From Acidimicrobiia bacterium (GTDB lineage: Bacteria; Actinomycetota; Acidimicrobiia; Spongiisociales; ZC4RG35), in assembly GCA_040905905.1 (NCBI GenBank), contig JBBDQN010000057.1:165-64164 (forward strand): a stretch of DNA of 64,000 bases. The letters run 5' to 3'. Made by a program: the position numbers and the translations under genes. The stretch's first letter is position 1. Each line of letters begins with the position of its first letter. Positions 1 through 9,353 of the stretch are shown here, one piece after another. A model generated the notes under the pieces. The model was not told the DNA's origin and made no database searches. It saw only the letters and a list, made by a program, of their open reading frames with translations.

Positions 1-910
<910 letters not shown>

Positions 911-918
<8 letters not shown>

Positions 919-1966
919 CGACTTCCGTCATCTCACTTCCGTGTTCTGTCTTCTGGCTTCCGACTTTCACTTTGAGACTTCCGTCTTCGTTGTGATAAAT
1001 CCAGCAGCGGACCAGGTGGCTATCGGTGACCGGTAACAACTCCGGTTTGACCCTGGTGCAGATCTCCAGCCCAAGCTGAACCCGGGACTTGCACCTCGAG
1101 GCGAATCGGCAGCCGGGGGGAAGGTCGACCAGTGTGGGGACCACCCCTGGGATCACCTCCAACTCTTCTTTGACGGTTCCGAGAGTCGGAATCGAGCCGA
1201 TCAGGCCCTGGGTATAGGGGTGTTTGGGTTCCCTGAAGAGGGGTCGGACCTCCGACTGCTCGACGATCTCGCCTGCATACATCACCGCCACTCGGTCGGC
1301 CATTTCCGCCACCACACCCAAATCGTGGGTGATGAGAATTACCCCCATCCCCAGGTCGCGGTTGAGCCGGCGGATAAGGTCGAGGATCTGGGCTTGAATG
1401 GTGACATCGAGGGCGGTGGTGGGTTCATCGGCAATCAGCAGCTCCGGTCCCGCTGCCAGGGCCATTGCGATCATCACCCTTTGGGCCATTCCCCCCGACA
1501 GTTCGTGCGGAAAGGCCTGTGCGCGACGCTTTGGATCAGGTATCCCCACCTGCTGCAACAGGTCGAGCACGCGAGCTTCGAGGTCGGCGTCGGAGAGTTC
1601 CAGATGAATCTCGATCGCCTCCCCGATCTGTTCCCCGGCCCGATGAACAGGGTTCAACGAGGACTGGGGTTGCTGAAAGATCATGGCGATTTGCCGTCCC
1701 CGTATCGATGGCATCTCGTCCATCGGCACTGCGAGGAGATTGCGTCCGTCGAACCACACCTCACCCTCGACCACCTTGCCTGGAAACGGGACCAACCTGA
1801 GAATCGACAATGAGGTGATCGACTTACCGCAACCCGATTCACCGACCAGACCCAGGACTTCTCCCCGATCGACGTGGAATGAGACGGCGTCGACGGCTTG
1901 CACGGTGCCATCGCTGGTGAAGAAGTGAGTCCGCAGGTTTTTGACCTCGAGGAGGGGTTCGCTCAC
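911..1966 (-). CDS. oppD: Oligopeptide/dipeptide ABC transporter ATP-binding protein (OppD/DppD-like).
   Basis: Track ORF 911..1966 has [15 protein letters not shown] (Walker A), [15 protein letters not shown] and [12 protein letters not shown]. Its ATG at 1966 forms an ATGA overlap with the stop of the upstream permease. Confidence 0.9.
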
Positions 1967-2922
1967 CGATGCAGCCTCGGATCGAGGGCGTCGCGGAGCC
2001 CGTCACCCAACAGGTTGAAGCCCAGCACCGTGAACATGATGGCCAGGCCCGGGAAGAAGACGAGATGGGGAGAAGAGAAGACCTGATTGCGATCGGCGCC
2101 CAGCATCGATCCCCACTCCGCCGTAGGTGGTTGGGTTCCGAGGCCGAGGAACGAAAGACCGGCAGCCTCGAGGATTGCCCCGGCGATTCCCAGAGTGCCG
2201 AGGACCACGAGGGGGGTGAGGGCGTTAGGGATGATCCGGCTCAACAGAATGCGCCAATTGGAAGCGCCGAGCGCCCTGGAGGCGGCCACAAAGTCCATCT
2301 CCTTGATTTGGAGGACGGAGGCTCGCATCACCCGGGCATATTGAGGGATGGTGACAATGGCGATCGCCAGCAAGGCGTTGGTCAAACCGGGACCGAGCAC
2401 CGCCACGATGGCGATGGCCAACAGCAAGGCCGGGAAGCCGAGCACTACGTCCATAATCCGCATGATGACGTTGTCGATCCAGCCGCCCCAAAACCCGGCA
2501 ATAGCGCCGAGCAATGCCCCGACCACTATTGCCGACGTCACCGTGACGATGCCAATGGTGAGGCTCACCCGGGCTCCGTAGACGATCCGCGAGTATTCGT
2601 CGCGGGCGTTGCCATCGAGACCCAGGAAGTGTTGGGGACGTTCAGCCGGGCAACCGAGCGCATGGATACATGGCGCCTCCCGTCGCTGGATACCGGGCTC
2701 CTCCCCAAGCAGACCCCGGGTAGGGTCGTGGGTGGCGAGCAGCGGTGCGAATAGTGCTACCAACACCCAGAAGCCGATGATGATGAGGCCGGTAACGCCC
2801 GTGCGGCGACGCAGGAGCCTGCGAAAGCCACTCTTCCACACCGACACCGGGCGTTCGAGGAACCGGATCTCCTGGGCCATAACCTCGAACTCTTTGACCT
2901 TTTCGCGAGGGGTGCCGATCAT
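1963..2922 (-). CDS. oppC: Peptide ABC transporter permease (OppC/DppC-like).
   Basis: The C-terminal part of track ORF 1963..3354 matches permeases (PLLATHDP..., ABC TM region). I trimmed the start to the ATG at 2922 (MIGTPREKVKEF...). That ATG makes an ATGA overlap with the oppB stop at 2919-2921. The upstream 144 aa of the track ORF are Arg/Pro-rich junk. Confidence 0.85.
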   Translation of the reverse strand: MIGTPREKVKEFEVMAQEIRFLERPVSVWKSGFRRLLRRRTGVTGLIIIGFWVLVALFAPLLATHDPTRGLLGEEPGIQRREAPCIHALGCPAERPQHFLGLDGNARDEYSRIVYGARVSLTIGIVTVTSAIVVGALLGAIAGFWGGWIDNVIMRIMDVVLGFPALLLAIAIVAVLGPGLTNALLAIAIVTIPQYARVMRASVLQIKEMDFVAASRALGASNWRILLSRIIPNALTPLVVLGTLGIAGAILEAAGLSFLGLGTQPPTAEWGSMLGADRNQVFSSPHLVFFPGLAIMFTVLGFNLLGDGLRDALDPRLHR

Positions 2923-3998
2923 TCGAGCCTGATCCTCGGGTCGAGATATGCGTACGAAACGTCCACCGCCAGGTTCACCAACACATACCCGAACGCGATA
3001 ACGAAGGTGAAGCCCTGGATCACGGCGTAGTCGCGGGCAAAGATGGCATCCACCAGGGCCCGTCCCACTCCGGCCAGGCTGAAGACACTTTCGGTCAACA
3101 CCGCTCCGCCCAGCAGAAGACCAAGTTGAAGCCCCCCGATCGTTACCACCGGCAGGAGCGCATTGCGCAGGGCGTGTCGGCTTACCACCCGGCGTTCGAC
3201 GGCACCTTTGGCCCGGGCGGTTCGCACGTAGTCGGAACCGAGCACTTCCAGGAGGGACGATCGGGTGATGCGGGCGATGATGGAGAGGGGGATGGTGGCA
3301 AGAGCCACTGCGGGAAGAATCAAGTGTTTGATGGCGTCGCCGAGGATCGCCCACTGACCGGTGATGATCGTGTTGAAGATGAAGAAGTTAGAGACGAACT
3401 CCAGCACCGACCCCCGGATGGTGTCGGGCTGGGCGGTCCATCCCCACACTTCATAGAAGGGGATCGGGCTCGTTCCGGCGCTCAGCCGGCCGGAGGGGGG
3501 CAGCGAAAAAGGGGTGTCCTTGAGAACGAGGGCAAACAGATAAGCGAGCATCAGCCCCAGCCAGAAAACCGGCATGGACACGCCGACATTGGCGACCGCC
3601 ATCGTGCCGACATCGACCGCGGTGTTGTGGCGCATAGCGGCAAAGATTCCTAGCGGGACTCCTACGAGCAGCGCCAGAGTCAGGGCAGCCGTCGACAGTT
3701 CGATGGTCATGGGCAGGCGTTCTATGAGTATCGACATGACCGGACGCGATGACCGGACCGAATCGCCGAGGTCGAACTGGAGCAGTCGCACCATGTAGAT
3801 GCCGAGTTGGACCGGGACCGGCTCATCGAGTCCGTTGACCCGGTTAAACGTGTCGCAGGCCTCCTGGGTTGCCCGTTCACCGAGCATCGATCGGCATGGA
3901 TCTCCCGGAATCGCTCTCACCAGCAGGAAGACAACAACCACGATGCCAAGCATCACCGGGATTGCGAAGAGCAGGCGACGGAGGAGAAAGTTGACCAT
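2919..3998 (-). CDS. oppB: Peptide ABC transporter permease (OppB/DppB-like).
   Basis: MVNFLLRRLLFAIPVMLGIVVVVFLLVRAIPGDP is the typical N-terminus of this family. The protein is polytopic with an EAA-type loop. Confidence 0.9.
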   Translation of the reverse strand: MVNFLLRRLLFAIPVMLGIVVVVFLLVRAIPGDPCRSMLGERATQEACDTFNRVNGLDEPVPVQLGIYMVRLLQFDLGDSVRSSRPVMSILIERLPMTIELSTAALTLALLVGVPLGIFAAMRHNTAVDVGTMAVANVGVSMPVFWLGLMLAYLFALVLKDTPFSLPPSGRLSAGTSPIPFYEVWGWTAQPDTIRGSVLEFVSNFFIFNTIITGQWAILGDAIKHLILPAVALATIPLSIIARITRSSLLEVLGSDYVRTARAKGAVERRVVSRHALRNALLPVVTIGGLQLGLLLGGAVLTESVFSLAGVGRALVDAIFARDYAVIQGFTFVIAFGYVLVNLAVDVSYAYLDPRIRLE

Positions 3999-4004
3999 AA
4001 AGGT

Positions 4005-4030
4005 GAGGGGGGCGCTAGTGCGCCCCCCTC
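4005..4030 (-). promoter_or_regulatory. Intercistronic GC-rich hairpin between the SBP gene and the first permease gene: a perfect 11-bp stem with a 4-nt loop and no U-tract.
   Basis: GAGGGGGGCGC-tagt-GCGCCCCCCTC read directly. It sits between the oppA stop (4046-4048) and the oppB ATG (3998). Confidence 0.5.
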
Positions 4031-4045
4031 AGTCGCGATTATCGA

Positions 4046-5761
4046 TCAACCCGCTAGTGCGTTCATCAATTGGGTCCATAGGTAGGTGTAGTACTCGAAG
4101 ACCCCGCTGTTGCCCACATGCAGCGGGCTCGCTGCATCGATGCCGGCCTCCCACGAGGTGACGACATCGTTGGCGTCGAACGTGCTCCCGTCGTGGAAGG
4201 TGACACCTTCCCGCAGGGTGCAGGTCCACACGGTCGAGTCTTCGTTCGGCACACACTCGGTGGCGAGCTTGGGCACGACCTGCCCGTCGTTGTCGTAGCC
4301 GAGCAGGCCTTCAACGACTGGCTGGCAAGCAGCCAGGGACTCGCCGTCGGTCTCGTCGGCGCAGTACAAGCTGATGGGCTCGGCGTTTTGGACGAAGACC
4401 AGGGTGTCTTTGCCCGGGTTCATCGACTGGAATTGAGGCGCACCGAACACCGGGCTCACGCCACCTTCGAGCGAAGCCAGAGCGGCATCGTTCGAGGCGG
4501 CGTGGGACACGGGAACCATCGGGATGTTGGTCCTGATGGCGTTGTTGGCTGCCTCGTAGAGTGGTTCGGTCGCCGCCACATCTGCCAGGGCCGAGGCCTC
4601 AACCAGCGGTTCGTAAATGTCGGCATAGGTCGCCCCGAACTGCGGGTTGGCTTCCCCGAAGTGGAAATCGAGGAAGTTGGTGATGTGCGGATAGTCCGCG
4701 GTCCAACCCAAAAGGTACAGGGAGTAGGCGCCGATTGTGGCGGCTTCGATAAACTCGCCCGACTCCACCACCTGGACGGTGACGGTGATCCCGAGATTCT
4801 CAGACAAGTCCTGAGCAATCTCCTGGGCCACCGGTCCCGCCTCAGGCAAGTAAGGACGGACGACATCGCGGTAGTAAAGGGTCACCTCGAGGTCGGAGGC
4901 GCCGGCATCAGCCAGGAGCTCTTGTGCCGCATCGGCGTCGAAGTCGTACCACGGATCACCGGTACAGGCGTTGGGCACCGAGCACGGCACGAAGTGGGAG
5001 GCCACTTCCGAGCCCGGAGCGAAGAAGTTGTCGACGAGCTGTTGGCGGTTGAGACCCATCGCAAATGCCTGGCGCACCTCGACCTGGTCGAAGGGCTCGT
5101 GTATGACTTCCGTGCCATTCGCGTCGAAATAACCAGTGGACATGCCCAGATACATCACGTTTGGTGCCCGGTTCGGTAGGAGGACCAAGCTGGAATCGCC
5201 TTCGACGGTGGCGATGTCGGACGGAGCCACATTGGTTATGTAGTCCGCGTCGTTGCCCGATTGGAGTTCGAGCAACCGCGCCGCGCTCTCAGTACCCCAC
5301 CGATAGACCAGGGTTTGGTACGCCGGAAGGTCGCCCCAGTAGTCGGGGTTCTGCTGATAGACAATCGAGTCACCACGGTTCCACGCTTCGAGCACGAACG
5401 GACCGGTGCCAACCGGGTTGTCGAGTGGAGCTCCACCCGTTGCCTCGAGATGCTCTTCGGGCTGGACACCAAAGACGTTGAAGGCCACGATCTGTTGGAA
5501 CGCCGGAACCGGCGAGCACAGCGTGAAAGTCACCTCATGTTGACCGGTGGCTTCAATCGAGCTGATCTTGCCGCCGTAACCGCAATCTACGGCAGCCACA
5601 CGCTTACCCTCGAAGTCGGTTCCATCAGTGGTGGTGGGTGGGGCAGCGGTTGTGGCGGTGGTTGTAGGGGCGGCGGTTGTGGTAGTTGCCGCCGGGGTTC
5701 CACAGGCTGCAATAACCAAGGCCAGAACGCTCAAGAGCGTTAACCAGCGCAATCGCGACAT
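4046..5761 (-). CDS. oppA: Peptide/nickel-family (family 5) ABC transporter substrate-binding lipoprotein.
   Basis: I trimmed the track ORF to the ATG at 5761, which is preceded by AAGGAGG 6 nt upstream. It has a lipobox (LALVIAAC), a Thr/Ala-rich linker (GTPAATTTTAAPTTTATTAAPPTTT) and then an SBP_bac_5-like body. Confidence 0.85.
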   Translation of the reverse strand: MSRLRWLTLLSVLALVIAACGTPAATTTTAAPTTTATTAAPPTTTDGTDFEGKRVAAVDCGYGGKISSIEATGQHEVTFTLCSPVPAFQQIVAFNVFGVQPEEHLEATGGAPLDNPVGTGPFVLEAWNRGDSIVYQQNPDYWGDLPAYQTLVYRWGTESAARLLELQSGNDADYITNVAPSDIATVEGDSSLVLLPNRAPNVMYLGMSTGYFDANGTEVIHEPFDQVEVRQAFAMGLNRQQLVDNFFAPGSEVASHFVPCSVPNACTGDPWYDFDADAAQELLADAGASDLEVTLYYRDVVRPYLPEAGPVAQEIAQDLSENLGITVTVQVVESGEFIEAATIGAYSLYLLGWTADYPHITNFLDFHFGEANPQFGATYADIYEPLVEASALADVAATEPLYEAANNAIRTNIPMVPVSHAASNDAALASLEGGVSPVFGAPQFQSMNPGKDTLVFVQNAEPISLYCADETDGESLAACQPVVEGLLGYDNDGQVVPKLATECVPNEDSTVWTCTLREGVTFHDGSTFDANDVVTSWEAGIDAASPLHVGNSGVFEYYTYLWTQLMNALAG

Positions 5762-5873
5762 TGATTTCCTCCTTGGGGTTGCGACCGATGGTCGCCTCAG
5801 AACGGTACTTGTCCGCTCGGGCTCCTGCATGTCACCAGAGCGTATTTGGGCTTATCTCGGTGGTCTTCTGGCC

Positions 5874-6725
5874 TCAAATAAGGTGTTGGTAGCTATCCGG
5901 CTGAGCGGTCAGGAACTCTTCCAAGCTCAGGGGTGGGCGGCCTGACACAGATTCGACGTCGTGAGTCACCGTCTCCATTTCCCCGGCTGCGATAGCCAGG
6001 TACGACGAAACCCAACCTTCCACCTCGAAGGCGGGAGCGTTGTAAACGGCCCGCGAGGTGTATGCCTCTTCCTCGGTCTCGGGTTGGTAGCTAATGGCGC
6101 GGCCAGTGGCCTGACCGAGGATGGCGGCGACATCGTCCAGGTTGAGGTTCTCAGGTCCAGTCAGACGGTAGGTCTTGCCGTCGTGTTTGTCGTCAAGCAG
6201 AACCGCGGTTGCAACCCCAGCGATATCTTCCCGGGCAACACCACTGAACCTGCCGTGTCCAGCCGGAGCACGGATCACCCCGTCCGGTCCCGGGAAGTAG
6301 GGGAGGACATCGAGATAGAGGTTGTCTCTGAGAAAGACGAACCGGAGACCAGAAGCGCGGATGTGCTCCTCGGTGTACCAATGCTGGCGTGCGAGGGTAA
6401 AGGTGGCATTGGACGCGGCGCCAAAAAATGATGTGTAGACGACCCGTTCAACTCCGGCCCGGACTGCCGCATCGATGGCTGTCTTGTGTTGATCGAGACG
6501 GTCGGCGGCCTCACGGCCCGAGACCAGGAACAACGTTGCGGCGCCATCAAGGGCGCTCTTCATCGCCCCGCCGTCCGCATAGGCTGCCTCCGTCACGGTG
6601 GCATCGGCCAGAGCTGGGGCGCGATCCGCCCGCCGGCAGATCAAACGTTGCTGGATCCCGAGGTCGGCCAGACGATGGGCAACCAGTCCTCCCAGAGCGC
6701 CTGTCGCTCCCGTAACCGCGATCAA
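5874..6725 (-). CDS. NmrA-like/atypical SDR NAD(P)H-binding oxidoreductase.
   Basis: MIAVTGATGALGGLVAHRL is a Rossmann GxxGxxG N-terminus. It is about 283 aa, in line with NmrA/SDR-a family proteins. Confidence 0.7.
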   Translation of the reverse strand: MIAVTGATGALGGLVAHRLADLGIQQRLICRRADRAPALADATVTEAAYADGGAMKSALDGAATLFLVSGREAADRLDQHKTAIDAAVRAGVERVVYTSFFGAASNATFTLARQHWYTEEHIRASGLRFVFLRDNLYLDVLPYFPGPDGVIRAPAGHGRFSGVAREDIAGVATAVLLDDKHDGKTYRLTGPENLNLDDVAAILGQATGRAISYQPETEEEAYTSRAVYNAPAFEVEGWVSSYLAIAAGEMETVTHDVESVSGRPPLSLEEFLTAQPDSYQHLI

Positions 6726-7408
6726 GCCGTTGATGGTGCTGAACCTCCCTGCGACAACAACGACACTACTTCCGCATCTGAGGTGGGCGAGAAGTCGCCG
6801 TAGAACTCTCCGATCGAGAGAAAACCGGCGGGGGCTGCCAGGAAGACGACCTCGTTGGCGATGTTTGAAAGCAGACGAACCGCTTCCGGTGAGGCGACGG
6901 GTGCGGCCACCACAACCTTTCGGGCTCCGAGTTTTCGCACCACCTCGGTTGCAGCCCGAGCAGTCGATCCGGTGGCGATCCCGTCGTCGATTACGAGTGC
7001 CGTCGCTCCGTTGAGGTTGAGGCGGTCCCGCCCCCGACGGAACTCCACCGCTCGGCGTGCCAGTTCGACGCGCTCACGGTCTTCAACCAGGCGGATCTGG
7101 GCCTCGTTGACGCCGGCCGTACTTATCACCCGGGCATCGAGCACCCGGACCCCATCCTCGCCGATGGCTCCCATCGCCAGTTCGGGTTGATAGGGAACAC
7201 CGAGCTTGCGGACGACGATCACGTCGAGAGGGATGTCGAGGGCTCTTGCCACTTCGTACGCGATGACAACGCCGCCCCGGGGCAGCCCCAACGCAACCGC
7301 ATCTTGTAGATCGAGTTTCTCTAGCCGGCTGGCCAGCCGGCGCCCTGCCTCGACGCGATCACGAAAGTACAAAGCAACCCGGGATGATATGGGTCCGGGC
7401 ACCGCCAC
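6722..7408 (-). CDS. Predicted phosphoribosyltransferase (type I PRTase fold). The start is uncertain.
   Basis: ALYFRDRVEAGRRLASRL...LPRGGVVIAYEVARAL...VIDDGIATGSTARAA is a PRPP-binding loop. The track start at 7480 would overlap the divergent gene. GTG at 7408/7402 or TTG at 7372 are more likely starts. Confidence 0.6.
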   Translation of the reverse strand: MAVPGPISSRVALYFRDRVEAGRRLASRLEKLDLQDAVALGLPRGGVVIAYEVARALDIPLDVIVVRKLGVPYQPELAMGAIGEDGVRVLDARVISTAGVNEAQIRLVEDRERVELARRAVEFRRGRDRLNLNGATALVIDDGIATGSTARAATEVVRKLGARKVVVAAPVASPEAVRLLSNIANEVVFLAAPAGFLSIGEFYGDFSPTSDAEVVSLLSQGGSAPSTA

Positions 7409-9306
7409 AATGGCTCCCCGTGACTGTTTCCCCCCACACGATCGCGATCGCCATCGTGGTCGCCCTGGTGCCGCTGGCATTCGACCCGGGGGGCATGTTC
7501 CCTTTCGGACCGATCAAGTGGGTGCTGGCGACTGTCGGGGTTTTCGTCGCAACCGCCCTCCTGTTTCAACAGCCTGAAATTCGAGTCCATCGAACGAGTG
7601 CCATCGGCTGGGGCGCCTTCCTGGTTGTCGGTGCGATGTCTGCGGTGGCCGGACTGGATCCCATCCATGCCTGGCTCGGGACTCCGGACCGTCACCTCGG
7701 CATGGTCGCCTATCTGATATTCGGACTTGCCTTTCTGGTCGGACAGAACATCGACGAAGATCGACAGTTGCTCGGCCGCGCAGCCGTGGTGGGGCTCTCC
7801 GGCATCGGTGTCTACGCATTAGCCGAACTCACGGGGGTGGCTCCAGTTTCGCTGGCCATTGCCTCGGACCGGCTAGGTGGCCCGTTCGGGTCACCCTCCT
7901 ATCTCGGGGCGGCGTGTGTCCTGCTGGTCCCCATTGCATTGGGTGTTGGCTTCGACGTCGACCAATCCCGCCGATGGCGAGCCACTGCCTTTCTGGCAGC
8001 AACGACGGGGCTCGGTGCTCTCATCGGCAGCCAGTCCAGGGCCGCCTTGATCGGGCTCGCGGTCGCGGTGGCGTTTTTGGTTCCCATCGTGACCCAACGG
8101 CGGGTCGCGGTTCTTGCCGGCATCACCCTGCTAGCTGGGGCTGTGCTGTTGACCCCGGCCGGAGCCCGTCTGCTCGAGCTGGCGGACGTCAACTCTTCCG
8201 ACTCCCGGGGCCGACTCGACGAGTGGAGAATTGGTGTCCGCGTGCTGGTCGCCCATCCGATTCTCGGGGTCGGTCCCGAGGGGTATCGGATTGCGTTTCC
8301 GGCTGCAGTCGATGCTGATTACGAGCGCCGCTATACGCGGCAGGTGACACCCGACCGCGCCCACAACGGGCTCCTCGACTCGGGGATTTCCATAGGCGTT
8401 TCCGGGCTCGTCCTGTACTCCGCCGCTCTCGGATGGTTAGCGGTGAGAGGCCTGCGAGCCACGCGTACCGGGGCTCCGACCCTGATCGGGATCGCCGCCG
8501 GTGTTGTCGGCTACCTCACCCACCAGCAGTTCCTCTTTCCGCTGGCCGAGGTCGATCCGGTCCTCTGGGTCATGGCCGGCTCTCTGGTCAGGGCCACCAA
8601 CGGTCCAGGGGCGACGATGGTTTGGCACCGGTCTCGAACGATCGCGTTTGCCGCCGGCGCCATCGGAGTCCTTGTCTTGACTATGGGTTCGCTCGAACTC
8701 GTCGCCGATCGTCGGGCCGCCCGCTCATACCAACTTCTCGGTACCGGTGCCTACGCCGCCGCGGTGGCTTCCGCAGACGGCGCCGCTCTGCTCCGGCCGG
8801 ACTCAATCCGCTATTGGTTTGTCGCCGCCGATGTTGTGTCCCGGCCAGGCACTGCTGATGGCATGGCCGCGGCGCTGCTGCGGGTCGACCGAGCCCTGAT
8901 GGTCTCTCCCGATGACCCCATCCTCCTGGCCACTAGTTCCCGGCTGCTGCTCGATCGCGCCCAGGTGACCGGATCAAGCAGCGACCTTGGCCTCGCCCTC
9001 GTTGCACTTTCCGAGCTGATTGCCAGCGACCCCAACAATGCCGGTCACCGTTTGTCGCTCGGTTTGGCGCTGGTGCTGGCAGGAGATTTGGAGGGCGCTG
9101 AACGTGAGTGGTTGATCAGTCAGGACCTGGCTCCCGGTTCGGCGGTGCCCTCGATCAACCTGGCCCGTCTGTACCTGGAGCAAGGTCGTCTGGCAGAGGC
9201 CGAGGCCTCTTATCGCCGGGCTCTTTCTATCGATTCGTCGGCGCCAGGTCTGGTCGATCTGGCGAACCAGTTGGTCGCGGTCGGACGGGAAGTCCCGTTA
9301 CCGTGA
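7384..9306 (+). CDS. O-antigen ligase (Wzy_C) family polytopic membrane protein with a C-terminal TPR-repeat domain.
   Basis: Multiple TM segments and a GSQSRAALIGLAVAVAFLV-type Wzy_C core. C-terminal TPR-like repeats (LGLALVLAGDLEGAEREW...LARLYLEQGRLAEAEASYRRAL). An alternative GTG start lies at 7420. Confidence 0.65.
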   Translation: MIWVRAPPQWLPVTVSPHTIAIAIVVALVPLAFDPGGMFPFGPIKWVLATVGVFVATALLFQQPEIRVHRTSAIGWGAFLVVGAMSAVAGLDPIHAWLGTPDRHLGMVAYLIFGLAFLVGQNIDEDRQLLGRAAVVGLSGIGVYALAELTGVAPVSLAIASDRLGGPFGSPSYLGAACVLLVPIALGVGFDVDQSRRWRATAFLAATTGLGALIGSQSRAALIGLAVAVAFLVPIVTQRRVAVLAGITLLAGAVLLTPAGARLLELADVNSSDSRGRLDEWRIGVRVLVAHPILGVGPEGYRIAFPAAVDADYERRYTRQVTPDRAHNGLLDSGISIGVSGLVLYSAALGWLAVRGLRATRTGAPTLIGIAAGVVGYLTHQQFLFPLAEVDPVLWVMAGSLVRATNGPGATMVWHRSRTIAFAAGAIGVLVLTMGSLELVADRRAARSYQLLGTGAYAAAVASADGAALLRPDSIRYWFVAADVVSRPGTADGMAAALLRVDRALMVSPDDPILLATSSRLLLDRAQVTGSSSDLGLALVALSELIASDPNNAGHRLSLGLALVLAGDLEGAEREWLISQDLAPGSAVPSINLARLYLEQGRLAEAEASYRRALSIDSSAPGLVDLANQLVAVGREVPLP

Positions 9307-9353
9307 ACCGATTGACTGCCTCAGGCGTGTAACAGGAGACCGAGGGAGGGCAG

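Noticed and set aside
1963-3354. 5' extensions of track ORFs, for example 1963..3354, 4046..5830, 17055..18428, 21343..22617 and 48381..49586.
   Set aside because: The extended N-termini are low-complexity and would overlap the upstream gene. Internal ATGs with an AAGGAGG/GGAGG RBS or ATGA stop/start overlaps, together with agreement with homologue N-termini, indicate the shorter genes.
4118-5179. Long antisense ORFs in the track, for example 4118..5179, 9321..10295, 16258..17148, 24922..25788, 35478..36461, 41486..42556, 61725..63212, and the many 60-260-aa Arg/Pro/Gly-rich ORFs.
   Set aside because: They lie opposite or out of frame to well-supported genes. They have no domain signal and Arg/Pro/Gly-heavy composition typical of shadow ORFs in roughly 65% GC DNA, where stop codons are rare.
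5640-5720. Repetitive ACC/ACG/GCC codon runs, also at 16930-17010, that look like short tandem repeats.
   Set aside because: They are in-frame Thr/Ala linker-coding sequence of two lipoproteins. They are not a CRISPR array (no regular spacers) and not a minisatellite.
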